Source of the DNA: Xylographa opegraphella
Taxonomy: Eukaryota
Reading direction: 5' to 3'
Assembly: GCA_022813865.1 (NCBI GenBank)
Contig: JALDZX010000030.1
Coordinates: forward strand, 186,001-250,000
DNA length: 64,000 bases
Shown here one piece after another: positions 62,501-64,000 of the stretch. A model generated the notes under the pieces. That model was not told the DNA's origin. It made no database searches and saw nothing but the letters and a program-made list of their open reading frames with translations. How positions within the stretch are numbered: the stretch's first letter is position 1; each line of letters opens with the position of its first letter. Position numbers and translations under genes: made by a program.

Positions 62501-62540
62501 TGAGTGGAAATGGGCTATTCGGGGATTGGTGGGTTTGTGA
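59508..62540 (+). CDS. byr4: Cytokinesis regulator Byr4 (SIN/MEN GAP scaffold, Bfa1-like)
   Basis: Intronless; ENWDDD, AGIPIP.NVPSSAL..GTIKRLGG, DFFTGIEIGDG, FGDGSELDVFDDLPTS, GMHYNPQLYRWEGNEN, GMVFDPQRMCW, EEFDVGPEF. Confidence 0.9.
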   Translation: MEPLSLKLPRPVEAEFENWDDDVDLQGFDDLQFRNVSSTTVGTSFSSSHHRDSISSRTSVKSDIDGDELVEMQIVTGDDAAMTNAIASAKRAGIPIPSNVPSSALLAGTIKRLGGRQIKKALREDWGEDLELPKSDEGGLKLKKNEEQEFPDQLRHISAAFIKTPSPSKPTSNMSFLERIQSAGKARATVSVLAKFRDDENNDDFGDVPTIRVAKNRPSTKMLDFTPPQVDPAKASQEVENFEEDLIFPADGEPLKLSARKDIPKPPVVQKQDDFDADWGDGSQGSLGTSLGGTRRTGRSNRSSSISALSPSVFSPSLSSCLTVESEDEGLDGLVLPDGPLKLEEALKKRVENASPDPTDGRKPEVRAAAKEDFFTGIEIGDGDVFDSGKLTLNRNIKHILARQTSPTRRTAVTLTFTNKPQAITTRIPKLQTHDRNRSKLESVSEEKGVPALNAYRSQSRVGGHSAQSSVSSIPTPSTTSFPLSSAPSTPSRRGLNTRPSREAMRAESSTSNPPTTTSAQLLKAKRSVTGMRNLASPARVQSYQRPPSRSENPSRTAPPSRPKTPVDRSSAGSNQTVTRRPPVPFLSAGNGRAQSHHVSSKRSTHRPNSSDSSENIPLNRPISRLSNPHYRSTSPSLRRDVAPESLAREAAAKRTLTKPTRRRAFGDGSELDVFDDLPTSAATESKFVKQPIRSKPSNLRTKLNTLQNPSTSSLVRMDATTLSTPLSPQKNDLNVPRFARDTAASRTAREQRIGPQITQPQHGTHAAEPHTPLAPLSSNWKSRVAARPLDSPRHNTKRSTKPPQKPQLIKPLGHGVHDTKNVNGMHYNPQLYRWEGNENALAPFDVPSTTGPGSPKAKGLGIQSKPALIANFGSVKGVQVVGGMVFDPQRMCWLKMAPNASNPRHHRSESGGMSPATEDDEDDVFAGLDDLEDGHSKSSILAGQERKEGNLADDEWLVGEEFDVGPEFIRRQRAEEEKWRRKVDGWVGQGAGREDGDEWKWAIRGLVGL

Positions 62541-63060
62541 GGAAGGGAGGCTCGAGGCATCTTGCAAAATGTGTTGCTCCGAAACCTTAGAACTTCTTAA
62601 CAGCTTAGTTACAAATCCATATTTGCCATGCGTCTTAGCGAAAACGTCGATGATTCCCATGAGGGCAACCGTCGGTTTCCTGACTCTCAAGACCATCAAG
62701 TAGAGTAGACATGTTCGAGGCTATCAACCTATTCCGTCATCTGCTGCTCTACTCGGTGTTTCTGAGCGTTACGTACAACCAGATAGGTCCAGCGGAAGCA
62801 ATCTTCGATGAATACGCCGTTCAACCAGGCACCAGTATGGGAAGTAATAAGGCAAGGAAGATTAGTGCACATAGGTGTCGGCTGCTCATGCCAAGTACCC
62901 ATGGAAGCGGCCGTCAGAACATTATCCCAGGGATGTCACGTAACAGAGTAAGTAATGCTTCTTATTCTTCAACAGCGCCACACCCAGAAACTATATACAC
63001 ATTGAACACCGAGCGCAGAAGTACGCTAACAGAAACCCTGTCCCGATATCTATCTCATTG

Positions 63061-64000
63061 TCAAGCCCCGTAGGCCACTTGAGGCTGCGGCTCCCCGGGT
63101 GCCATGAAGTTTGTCTCGGGTCTGCCCTGCTCTTTTGCGGCGGAGCATCGTGCCATTGTGGGAGAACTATATCATCATAAGTCAGCGCAGCTCTTATTCT
63201 GCAGAATCATATATTCGAGGACAGGATGTGGATGGTCTTACCTTCGTGATATGACATCTGTAAAGAAAAAGTTTTTGATGGGATTCCTCAATGGCTCTCC
63301 AGAGGCCTTGCTTCCTTTGTTCTGGTCAACCAATTGGACCTTGCTCAATGCTCCCATCGAACTAGGCTCCACGATATCGTAACGTCTCAGGACAGGGCTG
63401 ATCTCTTCCATACGATCCCTGAGTGCTTCGATATCATCGTAAGGTAGCGGAGCGCCGAGATACTCGCTCACGGCCCTTATGATCTTCCAGTCGTCTCTGG
63501 CCGCTCCTGGCAGCGATGTAGCTGCTCTGGTCAATTGCACACGACCTTCTGTATTGACGTAAGTGACTGATTTCTCTGTGTAGGCAGCGCCGGGGAGGAT
63601 GACATCCGCGACCTGGGCGCCTCGATCCCCATGGTGACCTTGATAGACGACGAAAGAGTCTTTTGGAATATCGGAATCCGAAATTTCATCGGCACCGAGT
63701 AGCCATATCATTTTGGGTGTGGTAGATGCAACAGCAGGAGAAGGAGTTGTGAAGCCGACCTCATAAGCACCAGCACGTGACGCTGCACGTTGAAGAACGT
63801 TGTATCCTTGCCACTCGGGTGTGATGAAATTGGCCTTGTTTTTATCAACGAAGGAGCCAATAGTTTCGAAAATAGCTTTCGCGTCAGCGTGCTCGACTGC
63901 TCCGCTACCAACAATAATCATTGGCCGCTTAGCAGATTGAAGTTTCTTGCCGAAGGAGCCAGAGAGTGATTTCTTCAGCGCAGCGACATCCATACCCAGA
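63061..64000 (-). CDS. nuo78: NADH:ubiquinone oxidoreductase 75/78-kDa subunit, 3' part
   Basis: VYQGHHGDRGAQVADVILPGAAYTEK, VNTEGRVQ, AREDW-like ARDDWKIIRA, FFFTDVISR|SSPTMARCS; intron 63241-63167; 5' end beyond the window. Confidence 0.96.

Overview
Eukaryotic, intron-rich filamentous ascomycete (Pezizomycotina) DNA, inferred from short GT-AG introns with CTRAC branch points and fungal-type proteins. I assembled about 21 protein-coding loci by hand from splice signals; for the complete spliced genes I checked that the joined exons give a whole number of codons. They include: a KDM4/Rph1-type JmjC demethylase (5' end outside the window), RAD57, a GH17 glucanase (EglC-like), a Pth11-like membrane protein, a Cys-rich single-pass membrane protein, a GAF hybrid histidine kinase, an aldo-keto reductase, SelO, a 777-aa uncharacterised protein, a SPATA20/YyaL protein (interrupted by an N gap), a CAP/PRY protein, an MFS transporter, an Ebp1-like protein, GH85 ENGase, ERD2, XRCC4, Byr4 and the complex I 75-kDa subunit (5' end outside the window). 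Four things stand out and are not visible in the ORF track: (1) a four-exon CENP-W/Wip1-like kinetochore gene with two premature stops; (2) a spliced gene carrying only an integrase-type HHCC zinc finger plus a basic patch and an acidic-aromatic tail, a candidate domesticated transcription regulator; (3) a degenerate 17-bp-period non-coding array; (4) recurring C-rich-to-G-rich strand-asymmetry switches. I recognised no tRNA, rRNA, CRISPR array or intact transposon. All family calls come from motif recognition, not database searches.
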